Virus record (IMG/VR): IMGVR_UViG_3300035664_000005
Span: 36,946-100,945 of that record
Direction: 5' to 3' (one strand)
DNA length: 64,000 nt
Origin: a virus
Below the pieces are notes generated by a model. It saw only the letters and a program-made list of their open reading frames with translations, searched no databases and was not told the DNA's origin. A program made the translations under genes and the position numbers. Positions 47,105 to 56,276 of the stretch are shown here, piece after piece; within the stretch, counting starts at the first letter, position 1, and every line of letters begins with the position of its first letter.

Positions 47105-48409
47105 ATGGCTGACTGGGATAAAATTTACGAATACCTGCAACCGAAGGATCCGTTGTTTTGTCCTGAGGAAGCATCGTTAACTCAAAAAGTTTTTTTAAGA
47201 AGTTACTCACTTGAAGGTCTTTTTGGTGGGGCGGCTGGTGGAGGTAAATCTTCTGCGTTGCTGATGTCCGCTTTGCAGTATGTAGATGTCCCTAATTATT
47301 CAGCAATTCTCTTTCGTCGCACATATGCGGACTTGGCTTTGCCGGGTGCGCTAATGGATCGTTTCCGTGGTTGGGTTTCGGCATATGAGGATGTTCATTG
47401 GAACGCCAATAGTTATGTTGCAACATTCCCATCTGGCGCCCGTATTTCGTTCGGATATTTGAACAATACAAACGACTATTTGCGTTATAAAGGTTCAGAA
47501 TTCCAATTTATTGGGATGGACGAAGTGACAGAAATTCGCGAATCTGACTACAGGTATATGTTCTCTCGTTTACGCCGACCTGCTTCAGGTCCACTGTCCA
47601 AGGTTCCCCTACGAATGCGGTCAGCCTCTAACCCTGCCCCGAACTGGGTTCGTCAAAGATTTATTGTGGAGGGTAAAAATGAGCAGAGATTTTTTGTGCC
47701 TTCATTTTTAACTGATAACCCAGGAATTGACGCTGAGTCATATCGTCAAGCATTGTCTGTCCTTGACCCTGTTGAGCGCCGAAGGCTTGAATTCGGTGAC
47801 TGGTGGGCAACCACTCTTGGCACATTGTTTGACAGAACCGACTTTCCGATCATTGATGGATCCGATGTCCCTGTTATCACTAGTGCCGCGCGCGCCGTTC
47901 GGTATTGGGACTTGGCGGCTACCGAACCTCACTCGGGGAATACTGACCCCGACTGGACAGTGGGCACTTTGATGCTATTTGACCAAGGAATCGCCTACAT
48001 CATGGATGTTCGTAAAATTAGGGCAAAATCAGACAAGGTGGAAACCTTCATTTCGCAGACCGCCCAAGAAGACGGCAAAGCGGTGGCTATCAGAATGGAG
48101 CAAGAACCGGGTTCCTCGGGTAAAGCCTTAATTGATCAATATGCAAGATATGTCGTACCGGGTTGGGACTTACAGGGGGTTCGTTCATCTGGGGATAAAG
48201 AAACTAGAGCAAGACCATTCGCAGCGGCTGTTGCTAATGGCAATGTTCGGTTGGTTCGCGGAAAATGGATTACTGATTGGCTTGACGAAATATCTTCTTT
48301 TCCTGAGGCTTGTAATCATGACGACCAAGTGGACTCAGCGGTTGGAGCATTTACATTTTTAACTGGCTTGGGGTTGCCTCAGAGGAAAAGGGCGACTATC
48401 ATCGTGTAG
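47105..48409 (+). CDS. terL: Terminase large subunit
   Basis: GGAAGGGKS (Walker A), FIGMDE (Walker B), ASNP, YWDLAA, HDDQVD nuclease motif. Confidence 0.93.
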   Translation: MADWDKIYEYLQPKDPLFCPEEASLTQKVFLRSYSLEGLFGGAAGGGKSSALLMSALQYVDVPNYSAILFRRTYADLALPGALMDRFRGWVSAYEDVHWNANSYVATFPSGARISFGYLNNTNDYLRYKGSEFQFIGMDEVTEIRESDYRYMFSRLRRPASGPLSKVPLRMRSASNPAPNWVRQRFIVEGKNEQRFFVPSFLTDNPGIDAESYRQALSVLDPVERRRLEFGDWWATTLGTLFDRTDFPIIDGSDVPVITSAARAVRYWDLAATEPHSGNTDPDWTVGTLMLFDQGIAYIMDVRKIRAKSDKVETFISQTAQEDGKAVAIRMEQEPGSSGKALIDQYARYVVPGWDLQGVRSSGDKETRARPFAAAVANGNVRLVRGKWITDWLDEISSFPEACNHDDQVDSAVGAFTFLTGLGLPQRKRATIIV

Positions 48410-48446
48410 GTAAACCTATACCACTATTGCCGAGAGGGTTAAACTA

Positions 48447-48698
48447 ATGAAGAAAGCATATAAATCCCCAACCAAAACGCAGTTACGAACTGCCACTAAT
48501 CAAAGCAAAGATGTAATTGCTGAATGGGTGAAGAAGTCAAGAAAAAATCTTGAACTAAGCCAAGAGGGGTTAGCAGAAATTGCGGGCATTGATCGCAAGA
48601 CTATTAACAGAATTGAGAACGGTCACTTTTCTCCGAGTATTGAAACTTTGGTAAGAATTTCTGTTTCGCTTAACTCAAAAATTCCTTCACTCGTATGA
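48447..48698 (+). CDS. XRE/Cro-type HTH regulator
   Basis: LSQEGLAEIAGIDRKTINRIENG...PS. Confidence 0.9.
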   Translation: MKKAYKSPTKTQLRTATNQSKDVIAEWVKKSRKNLELSQEGLAEIAGIDRKTINRIENGHFSPSIETLVRISVSLNSKIPSLV

Positions 48699-49210
48699 GC
48701 GAATTACCTTTTAGAAACATTGACAGGCTTAAGCCTTTCCTTGAATTTCGTAAAGCATTAATGGCAGTGGAAGAAAGTGCTTTACAAAATTTGGAAACAG
48801 ATGACGAGCAACTATGGTATGACACCCTTGTCTTGCTTCACTCAATCAAAGGTGATGTTGCTTCTATGTTCACACAATATTCAAATCTGTTCGCAAACAA
48901 AATTGAGACTGATGAAGCAACAGCGTCTAATGGTCAAAAAATTGAGAAGAAATCAGCGTTTGATCGCAAAGGTTGGAAGCATGAAGATCTTGCTTCGGAG
49001 GTTTTGCGGAGACTAAATGATTTGTCTGTTGACATGGATACGGGCGAAGTTGTTATGACAGCCAATGAGGTGGCTATGAAACTTCTTGACTATGTACAGC
49101 CCTCTTATTGGCGCATAAAAGAGTTGTCAAAATTGGGTATTAACGCAGATCAATACTGCGAAGTGGGAGAACTTAAAACAAGCATCATCGTAAGAAAGGA
49201 ACAATCATGA
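48695..49210 (+). CDS. Hypothetical protein in the recombination module
   Basis: 171 aa; coupled to its neighbours. Confidence 0.65.
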   Translation: MSELPFRNIDRLKPFLEFRKALMAVEESALQNLETDDEQLWYDTLVLLHSIKGDVASMFTQYSNLFANKIETDEATASNGQKIEKKSAFDRKGWKHEDLASEVLRRLNDLSVDMDTGEVVMTANEVAMKLLDYVQPSYWRIKELSKLGINADQYCEVGELKTSIIVRKEQS

Positions 49211-49902
49211 ACAATATCTATTCACAATTGACAGAATCTTTTCCACCCGAAATGGAAAAGCGCCTCAACAAAGGTGGCGCAAATTTGGTTTATGTACCAA
49301 TTAGCGAAGTTATCAACCGTATGAACAAAGTTCTCGGTGTAGAAAATTGGTCATTCACCGTCAAGAATTGGCAACAACTTGGGACATCAATTGTTGCTCA
49401 AGTTTCTGTGGTCGCAACAATTGAGGGCAATACCGTTACTCGTGATGGAGTTGGTGGACAGAAAATTAAGATGTCCAAAAATGGTGACCCTGTAGACATC
49501 GGAGACGAAGTTAAGGGCGCAGTTTCAGATGCTCTAAAAAAAGCGGTTCAGACTCTTGGTATTGGTTTGTATCTTGCTCGTTCAGAAGAAGCAATTGAAA
49601 TAGAGCAGGCGATGGAAGCCACAACGGTCGTATCTTTGGCTCCTGTTGTCTCTCCCAAATATGCGCAGTTCAAAACATTGCTTGAAGCAAAAGATGAGAA
49701 CAGAGCAAAGATCAAGAGTTTTTGGTCTAACTACGGTGGGGGTCGCCCTGTGCCTAAGCCTTCAGAGTTCACCGAAGAAGAACTTGATGCGCTTATTACA
49801 GAACTCATTTCTTATCAGTTTGAAGGGTCGGTTATTGTAGAAACGCCGACGCCTAAAAAGATCAAATCTCCTGAGATGCCACCTCGCAAAGATATTGACT
49901 GA
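49207..49902 (+). CDS. Rad52/Sak-family single-strand annealing protein
   Basis: L.YV....V..RMN.VLG..NW, KGAVSDALKKA...GIGLYL. Confidence 0.85.
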   Translation: MNNIYSQLTESFPPEMEKRLNKGGANLVYVPISEVINRMNKVLGVENWSFTVKNWQQLGTSIVAQVSVVATIEGNTVTRDGVGGQKIKMSKNGDPVDIGDEVKGAVSDALKKAVQTLGIGLYLARSEEAIEIEQAMEATTVVSLAPVVSPKYAQFKTLLEAKDENRAKIKSFWSNYGGGRPVPKPSEFTEEELDALITELISYQFEGSVIVETPTPKKIKSPEMPPRKDID

Positions 49903-50668
49903 TGTGCTCAACGCTCCAGAATATCTTTCACCAAGTTCAATAAGCACATTTCAACAATGTCCGTATAAGTACAAACTTTCTCGGATAGATGGGCTCAAAG
50001 AACCCGCCACCGAACATACATTGTTGGGCAATTATGTTCATTCTATTTTAGAAGAGTTCTATCGTCTTGAAGCATCAGAGCGAACAGTTTTTAACGCACG
50101 AACTTTATTTCGTGCTGTTTGGGATGATTACTCTGAAGAAGTTACCAAAATTTATCGTGGGAACAAATCTCGTATAGATGAGTTTCGGTTGAGGGCTCGC
50201 TACTGCATAGAGAACCTTATGGCGATGGAGCCGTCTAACGAAATTGAATTTGACGGTATTGAGACAGAACTAAATCACTCTGTGCTTGGCGTCCAAATTA
50301 AAGGCTTTATTGATAGATGGGCTGTCAAAGAGGGCAAAATAGACATTGGAGACTACAAGACAGGGAAAGTCCCTCAATTGCGATTCCGTGATGACAAGTT
50401 TGATCAACTACTAATTTACGCTGTTATTTTGTCCGAGATTGAGGACAAGGAGATTGGCACCCTAGAGTTGTTGTACATCAAAGACGGGGTTAAACTAACC
50501 AAGAATCCAACCCAAGAAGATATAAATAGAATTAAAGAAATGTTAGTAGAAATAAGAAGTGCCATAGACGAACGATGCCAAACAGAGGTTTTTGAAACCA
50601 AGGTTGGTGTATTGTGCGGATGGTGTCACTTTAAACCTATATGTCCTGCATGGAGTAAAAATAAATGA
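49895..50668 (+). CDS. PD-(D/E)XK RecB/Cas4-like exonuclease
   Basis: LSPSSI..F.QCP, G..VH, GFIDR, DYKTG, CGWCHF...CP (Fe-S Cys). Confidence 0.88.
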   Translation: MTDVLNAPEYLSPSSISTFQQCPYKYKLSRIDGLKEPATEHTLLGNYVHSILEEFYRLEASERTVFNARTLFRAVWDDYSEEVTKIYRGNKSRIDEFRLRARYCIENLMAMEPSNEIEFDGIETELNHSVLGVQIKGFIDRWAVKEGKIDIGDYKTGKVPQLRFRDDKFDQLLIYAVILSEIEDKEIGTLELLYIKDGVKLTKNPTQEDINRIKEMLVEIRSAIDERCQTEVFETKVGVLCGWCHFKPICPAWSKNK

Positions 50669-51174
50669 ACGATGAAGCATTCTCGCGACTTGTCGCGGAA
50701 GAAGTAAAAAACAAAGCATCTGAAGCACAGAAAAAATATCTGATGATGCCCGAGAATCTAGATAGATGGAAGCGGGCGTTGCAATATCTTTCCACAAATC
50801 TTGAAGAACAGATCAAAGAGATTGACCAACAAGAAGCAATACGCCTAACCAAGTACAAAAATTTGGGGACAGAAGGCGATCTTTTGCTTGCTGAAGCGTC
50901 GGCGACATCTGGCGTTCGTAGATCAAAAATTGATAGGTTCAGATTTTTTGTGTCAGCCAAACTTGATGAGGTTTCAAGGATGGTTGCATCTGTTTCTGAG
51001 GAAAATCCGTTAGATGATTTTCACCGCAAAGCAATAAAAAAGTGGTGGTCTCTAATGCAAGAATTTGAAATGGAACCAACACGAATTGACTATGCGCTCT
51101 ATGCGTCATTAGACGGCAAATGGGATTTTGAAGATCTCAGCCTAGAAAACAATTTTGACGATCTTGAAGATTAA
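50665..51174 (+). CDS. Hypothetical protein
   Basis: 169 aa helical ORF, coupled. Confidence 0.65.
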   Translation: MNDEAFSRLVAEEVKNKASEAQKKYLMMPENLDRWKRALQYLSTNLEEQIKEIDQQEAIRLTKYKNLGTEGDLLLAEASATSGVRRSKIDRFRFFVSAKLDEVSRMVASVSEENPLDDFHRKAIKKWWSLMQEFEMEPTRIDYALYASLDGKWDFEDLSLENNFDDLED

Positions 51175-51185
51175 GGAATTATTTC

Positions 51186-52319
51186 TTGACTCGTCAGCGA
51201 TTATTTCTTGACACATCATGCGTTGACGCGGCAAGAGAAAGACTCCGCCATGTATACGACACTTTTGACACTGTCTGCTATCAATTTTCTGGAGGCAAAG
51301 ACAGCACAGCCATAATTTATTTGGCTAAAGAAATACACGAAGAAAGAAATCTTGGAAAAGTAAAAGTTATTTTTCGTGATGAAGAGATGGTCAGCCCTGC
51401 CGTAGTCAAGTTCGTTGAGAAAGTGCGTCAATACGATTGGGTTGACATGGAATGGTATTGCCTTCCATCGGGTCAAGAGATTTGGGTTTTAGGTAGACGA
51501 GAGTATGTTTTGTTGTGGTCTCCTCAACGAAAAGCCGAAGGTCGTTTAGTTAGAGAGATGCCTGAGTGGGCTATTAGGGCTGAGCACTTTGGTTTAGATC
51601 CATCAAAGCCTTGCCCCAATCTTGTTGACTATTACACGATGCAAGGCAAAAAAGGTAGAACCGCTTTTGTTATGGGTGTGAGAGCAAACGAGTCAATGGT
51701 CAGGTATCGCTCATGCGTACAAAAATTGCATGAAAACTATATTGTTTCGCCGTTCTTGTTGCAAAAATCAATCCCCTTAAAATTTGCGAAAGTCATTTAC
51801 GATTGGACTACCGAAGATGTCCTCAAGTTTATTATTGATGAACACAAAGCCGAGTACTGCGAATATTATGATTTGGCTGAATTGACTGGTAGCAACAGTC
51901 GTGTAGGTATCCCTTTGCATTCCGTTGCTATTCGTAGAATCGGTGATGTTGTTGCTACTGAACCTGAGTTCTACGATCAACTTGTCCGCTGTTTTCCTCA
52001 AATAGATGCACAACGCAGATATTGGGCTGATTTTGATATTGAATCTTTGATATTGGGTTACGCGTCCAAAGGTTGGGATGGTATTTCTGATTGTATTGAC
52101 GACCACATGTTGACGCCGGGGATGCGTTTAGATGCATTGAAATTTGCATCCGCTTTCCGTAAAAAGCGGGCAGTTGATCCATATGGTTTTCCGCTTGAGT
52201 ATTTAGTGAGGACTTTGCTTCTCAACGAATTTCATCAGTCAACGCCAACTCCTGTCGGTCCTAAAACGAGGGCGCACACTATGAGGTTGAAGGCGATTGA
52301 AGCAGGGGACGATTACTAG
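51186..52319 (+). CDS. PAPS-reductase-like PP-loop protein (IbrA-like)
   Basis: FSGGKDS, F.DEE, MGVRANES..R, IYDW. Confidence 0.8.
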   Translation: MTRQRLFLDTSCVDAARERLRHVYDTFDTVCYQFSGGKDSTAIIYLAKEIHEERNLGKVKVIFRDEEMVSPAVVKFVEKVRQYDWVDMEWYCLPSGQEIWVLGRREYVLLWSPQRKAEGRLVREMPEWAIRAEHFGLDPSKPCPNLVDYYTMQGKKGRTAFVMGVRANESMVRYRSCVQKLHENYIVSPFLLQKSIPLKFAKVIYDWTTEDVLKFIIDEHKAEYCEYYDLAELTGSNSRVGIPLHSVAIRRIGDVVATEPEFYDQLVRCFPQIDAQRRYWADFDIESLILGYASKGWDGISDCIDDHMLTPGMRLDALKFASAFRKKRAVDPYGFPLEYLVRTLLLNEFHQSTPTPVGPKTRAHTMRLKAIEAGDDY

Positions 52320-52823
52320 ATGGCTTTTAATTATGTTGAATCTTTTCATATTGGTGGATTTTGGTCTAAGGAAGTCGCAAAAGTTTTGAATGGTCGCGGA
52401 GTTAGATGTGTTGCGCCTGATGTCAAGATCGCCAAAAACGATCATGAGCGTGATGAAATGACGAAGTTTGAGAAAGACATTATTTTTGATTGGACAGATA
52501 AATGCCTTGAGGTCAAATCTTCAACACGCGAATTTACCGATGATGTTTTTCAATATCCTTTTGATTCTCTATTTGTTGACACTGTTTCGGGATATGACGC
52601 CAAAGTTGACAAACCTCTTGCTTATGTTCTGATTTCGCAGAAAACTCGTGGGATTGTTTGTATTTCACCTAAAACTTATGACGAATGGAGAAAGGTGAAC
52701 ACCTTTGACCGTAAGAGGGAAATTATGGAATGGTTTTATAGTGCCCCTAAAAGTGTTTTACAACCTTTTGATTCTTTGGTTAATCATCTAATTAAAATAC
52801 AGAACGAAAGCGATGGCTGGTGA
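52320..52823 (+). CDS. Putative PD-(D/E)XK nuclease-fold protein
   Basis: EKDI....LEVKSS motif. Confidence 0.5.
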   Translation: MAFNYVESFHIGGFWSKEVAKVLNGRGVRCVAPDVKIAKNDHERDEMTKFEKDIIFDWTDKCLEVKSSTREFTDDVFQYPFDSLFVDTVSGYDAKVDKPLAYVLISQKTRGIVCISPKTYDEWRKVNTFDRKREIMEWFYSAPKSVLQPFDSLVNHLIKIQNESDGW

Positions 52824-53371
52824 TGGAAATATCTTTTGTAGATAACAGACAACTCAAGATCCCTTCATGGGGTGCAACTAGTATTTTGCGACCCGAAAAG
52901 ATGCTCCTCAAGGCTTCAATGATTGATTATGGGTGGATACAGCCAATAGTTGTCAAGTCTTCCGACAACATGATTATTGACGGCTATCAGAGGTACCTAA
53001 TATCTCTTGACGACGAAAAGTTCATCAAAAAGCACGGGAACATGATTCCTGTGATTTACAAAAATGTAGATGAAGTTGAGGCGATAATTATGCATATTCG
53101 CCTGAACCGTGCTCGTGGTGCTGTGAATTCATATGCTCTCAGCCGTGCTGTCAAAAGATTGATTTCGTCGGGCAAATATGAGGAAGATGATTTGTCTAAC
53201 TTGTTTTTGATGCACGACGATGAAATTGATTTGCTTATGTCTGATGGTCTTTTGAAGAAGAAGAACTGGCAGAAATATGAGTATTCTCGTGCGTGGGTAC
53301 CGATTGAGGTTGCAAAACCAGTTGTAGTGGATAATGTGACCATTGAGCGACCACCCAATAAGGATCGCTAA
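52820..53371 (+). CDS. ParB-like protein (IbrB-like)
   Basis: SM.DYGWIQPIVV....IIDGYQR...HIRLNRARG. Confidence 0.8.
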   Translation: MMEISFVDNRQLKIPSWGATSILRPEKMLLKASMIDYGWIQPIVVKSSDNMIIDGYQRYLISLDDEKFIKKHGNMIPVIYKNVDEVEAIIMHIRLNRARGAVNSYALSRAVKRLISSGKYEEDDLSNLFLMHDDEIDLLMSDGLLKKKNWQKYEYSRAWVPIEVAKPVVVDNVTIERPPNKDR

Positions 53372-53428
53372 ATATTGCCGTTAGTTCATATGTGGTAAAA
53401 TTCGGGTGTCCCTTTTAGGAGAGTACTC

Positions 53429-53833
53429 ATGCCACGACCAAGAATGACGGAAGATGTTGAATTCCGCACAGATGTAAACACCGAGGGTGACCTTATTCGT
53501 CGCGCGCGCTTTGTCCAACGTCCTCGTCGTGTAGGAGGTCGGAGTGTTCCGGGTAATGCTCCCTACTACCGTCGTCGTCGGGCTGAACTAAACGCAGCAA
53601 GGCGTCAACAGCGTGGAGCAGTAGCGGGCGCAGGTAATGCCGCGCGCCGTGGTCGTGCCGCTCAGAGAACAGCACGAGGAGCAGGTCGTGCAGGTCGTAA
53701 CGCGGGCAACCCAAGAACAGTGACCCCAAGAAGTGCCCAAGGCGGTCGTCGTGGTGGAGTCAGAGGTGCATTAGCACGGGTAGCAAGAGCAGCCGCTGAC
53801 AGGCTTGAGAGACGCCGTAATCGTCGTCGCTAA
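53429..53833 (+). CDS. Protamine-like Arg/Gly/Ala-rich protein
   Basis: About 38 of 134 residues are Arg and none is Lys; AGGAG RBS; TAAAAT -10 element; first gene of the neck/tail block. Confidence 0.7.
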   Translation: MPRPRMTEDVEFRTDVNTEGDLIRRARFVQRPRRVGGRSVPGNAPYYRRRRAELNAARRQQRGAVAGAGNAARRGRAAQRTARGAGRAGRNAGNPRTVTPRSAQGGRRGGVRGALARVARAAADRLERRRNRRR

Positions 53834-53849
53834 CAATCGGAGGTAACCG

Positions 53850-54725
53850 ATGGCTTTGGTGACGGTTTCTGATCTAAAGACTTACATGGATATTAGTTTT
53901 TCTAATAGACAAGAAGACGCTGCTCAATTTGTCATTGATGGTCTTCAAAGTGAATTGGAAACATATTTGCGCCGACCAATTGAAGTTGCGACATTTGTGG
54001 AAACTTATGTTCTTGATTCTGACCATGTTGGTTTGCCGATGGGTTCAAGTCTGTTCAATGATGTTTATAACTCCACCGATGTTGACCCTGTTGGAATCAT
54101 TACTTACGGTACACCGCCTCCAACAATTTATTTGAAGAACTCTCCTGTGGTTTCTGTTCAAAGTGTAACTGTTAAGAATCTTTCTGAAGTTCAGCAAACT
54201 TTGGGTGAGGCGTTAAAGAGGCAAGCGACAGTTAGTTCGGCAACGGTTTCGGGTTCTAATGTTACTTACACTGCTTCTAATCACGGTATGACTGTTGGTC
54301 AAACTGTGTCTATCACGGGCATGTCTAGTAGCGCGTTAAATTTAACTTCCAAGGTTATTACTTCTGTTGCTACTAATACATTTGTTGTTTCACAAAGTGG
54401 TCTCACGGCAGGTACCTACGCTCAAGCAGGTACCGCAAATGCATACGGCTACGACTACACGGTTCGCACATACGGCATTGACTATTACCGTGGATACGCC
54501 AACGACAATGTGACCGTGACTTACACCGCTGGTTTAGCGGGCGATGGAATAAAAATGTTTAAGTTAATGATTCTTCGCGCCGCGGCTCGCGAAGTACAAA
54601 ACATGCACGACGATGTTGTAGGTATCAAAGATCTTGGTGCCCGTGAAGTTGCTTTACAGGAAACAGGTTTCTTGGAAAAAGAATTAATGTCTGTGAAACG
54701 GTGGCGCAGAAACAGGATTGGTTAG
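53850..54725 (+). CDS. Head-tail adaptor with an inserted beta-rich domain
   Basis: LVTVSDLK.Y, E.YL.R, PVVSV.SV, VTVTYTAG; insert ..NHGMTVGQTV.ITG.. Confidence 0.75.
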   Translation: MALVTVSDLKTYMDISFSNRQEDAAQFVIDGLQSELETYLRRPIEVATFVETYVLDSDHVGLPMGSSLFNDVYNSTDVDPVGIITYGTPPPTIYLKNSPVVSVQSVTVKNLSEVQQTLGEALKRQATVSSATVSGSNVTYTASNHGMTVGQTVSITGMSSSALNLTSKVITSVATNTFVVSQSGLTAGTYAQAGTANAYGYDYTVRTYGIDYYRGYANDNVTVTYTAGLAGDGIKMFKLMILRAAAREVQNMHDDVVGIKDLGAREVALQETGFLEKELMSVKRWRRNRIG

Positions 54726-54728
54726 ATC

Positions 54729-55229
54729 ATGCCGGGTGATCTGAGAATAAAAATAACAGTTGACGCAGAAGCGGCAATCAAAAGAATGAAAGATATGCGA
54801 GATAGGTCTAAAGATTTTAGACCAGTCTTTAGATGGGCTAAACGAGAACTTGGATTGATGAACGGACAAAATTTTGCTCAAGGTGGTTTACCTTCTGGCA
54901 AACCGTGGTCTCCACTTGATCCCGAATATGCTGCTTGGAAAGCCACCGCTTACCCCGGCAGACCCGACATGGTAGTCAGCAAAAAATTGTTTAATTCTTT
55001 GCGCAACCTTAACGGTCCTGCAAATTCTATTCGTTTCATGAAAGCCACATTTGGAACAGATGTTGAGTACGCAAAATTCCATCAATACGGAACATCAAAA
55101 ATGCCGAAGCGTCAACTTGTTTATGAACCGAAAGGCTTTGCTGCGCGAGTTGCTTTGCTTTCGGCGAGACATGTTGTGGATGGTAAGTTGGGTGCAGGCG
55201 CGGGCGACTTAGCATTTGAGGGCAATTGA
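54729..55229 (+). CDS. Virion morphogenesis / neck protein (Mu gpG-like)
   Basis: F..G.P.G.PW.PL...Y, GTDVEYAKFHQYGT.KMP.R. Confidence 0.8.
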   Translation: MPGDLRIKITVDAEAAIKRMKDMRDRSKDFRPVFRWAKRELGLMNGQNFAQGGLPSGKPWSPLDPEYAAWKATAYPGRPDMVVSKKLFNSLRNLNGPANSIRFMKATFGTDVEYAKFHQYGTSKMPKRQLVYEPKGFAARVALLSARHVVDGKLGAGAGDLAFEGN

Positions 55230-55840
55230 TGAGCACACCAGTAACAGATTTGATGCACGGAGCACAGTGGGCTAAATATTATGTCAACACATATTTGAAT
55301 AGTGATTTACCCAACAGGATAAATCGTTATCGTTCAGGTTGGAACTTAGATTCCAGTGAGTTGCCAACACCTGAATTCTTTTTAACCTATGAGCCGATTG
55401 CTCTTGACCACTGGCCGACAATTATCACCGTTTGCTTATCAAGTTCCCCTTTTGAGCGGATGATGCAAGGCGGACAGGGTGACCCCTTATACAGAGTTAC
55501 ATACAGTATGCGCACCTACATTTGGACTAAAACCGAGGGTTCTGAAGCCGTGACCTTAATGCGAGATAGATTGACGACGGTTGTCAGGTCGGCTTTGATG
55601 GATAAACCTTGTCTGACACGGTATGACAGCGATTTTGACGCAGAGGTCATGATTGATGAATCCTCACTTACTGAAGAGTTTTCTGACTTAACCCTCATAA
55701 AAGGTGACCGCGTATTAGCGGGAGCATATTTAGGCTACAATTTAATACTGAACGAAACAATTTACCGTGATCAGATTGCGGCGATAACTGGCTATCAAAT
55801 TGAGAACTACAACTTGCGCAATACAGGGGCTACCTACTGA
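55226..55840 (+). CDS. Tail terminator-like protein
   Basis: Size and position between neck and sheath genes. Confidence 0.5.
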   Translation: MMSTPVTDLMHGAQWAKYYVNTYLNSDLPNRINRYRSGWNLDSSELPTPEFFLTYEPIALDHWPTIITVCLSSSPFERMMQGGQGDPLYRVTYSMRTYIWTKTEGSEAVTLMRDRLTTVVRSALMDKPCLTRYDSDFDAEVMIDESSLTEEFSDLTLIKGDRVLAGAYLGYNLILNETIYRDQIAAITGYQIENYNLRNTGATY

Positions 55841-56223
55841 TGAAACCATCATTTGAAACTGAGAACCACACCATCCCTTCAGGTATACGGGTATGGAATA
55901 AGACAAACGGCTATCTAGAAGTATCCTCGGAGGGTCATCTGCTTGAAGGTCAAACCGCCGCTTGGGTTGAAAAAAGCCCTGAAAATCTTTCCCTTGTAGA
56001 ACAAGGGTTTTTGGAAATTATTGGAATGAGCGTGGACGACGCCCCTGTCGTAGAAACAGAGCGTGCCGAAACCCCAAAAAAAAAGAAACCTTCATCCTCA
56101 GCACCAACGGTAGAAGCATCTCTCAGTTCGGACACAGAAGATCAAGTTGTTGCGGATGATAATAAAAATGATGTAAAAGAATCAACCCAATCAAATAACG
56201 ATGTTTCTGTTGAGACAGTTTAA
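55840..56223 (+). CDS. Hypothetical protein upstream of the sheath gene
   Basis: 127 aa; small folded N-terminus with an acidic disordered tail. Confidence 0.55.
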   Translation: MKPSFETENHTIPSGIRVWNKTNGYLEVSSEGHLLEGQTAAWVEKSPENLSLVEQGFLEIIGMSVDDAPVVETERAETPKKKKPSSSAPTVEASLSSDTEDQVVADDNKNDVKESTQSNNDVSVETV

Positions 56224-56276
56224 GTAATGTATACTCGTTTTACAGAAATTTCTTCAACTCAAATGGATGGTGCTAG

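Noticed and set aside
49895-50668. Cas4-like nuclease as evidence of a CRISPR system
   Set aside because: No repeat-spacer array or other cas genes seen; it sits beside Sak/Rad52, so a recombination exonuclease is the simpler reading
51186-52319. DndC/phosphorothioation system
   Set aside because: No DndA/B/D/E-like neighbours recognised; the ParB partner fits IbrA/IbrB better
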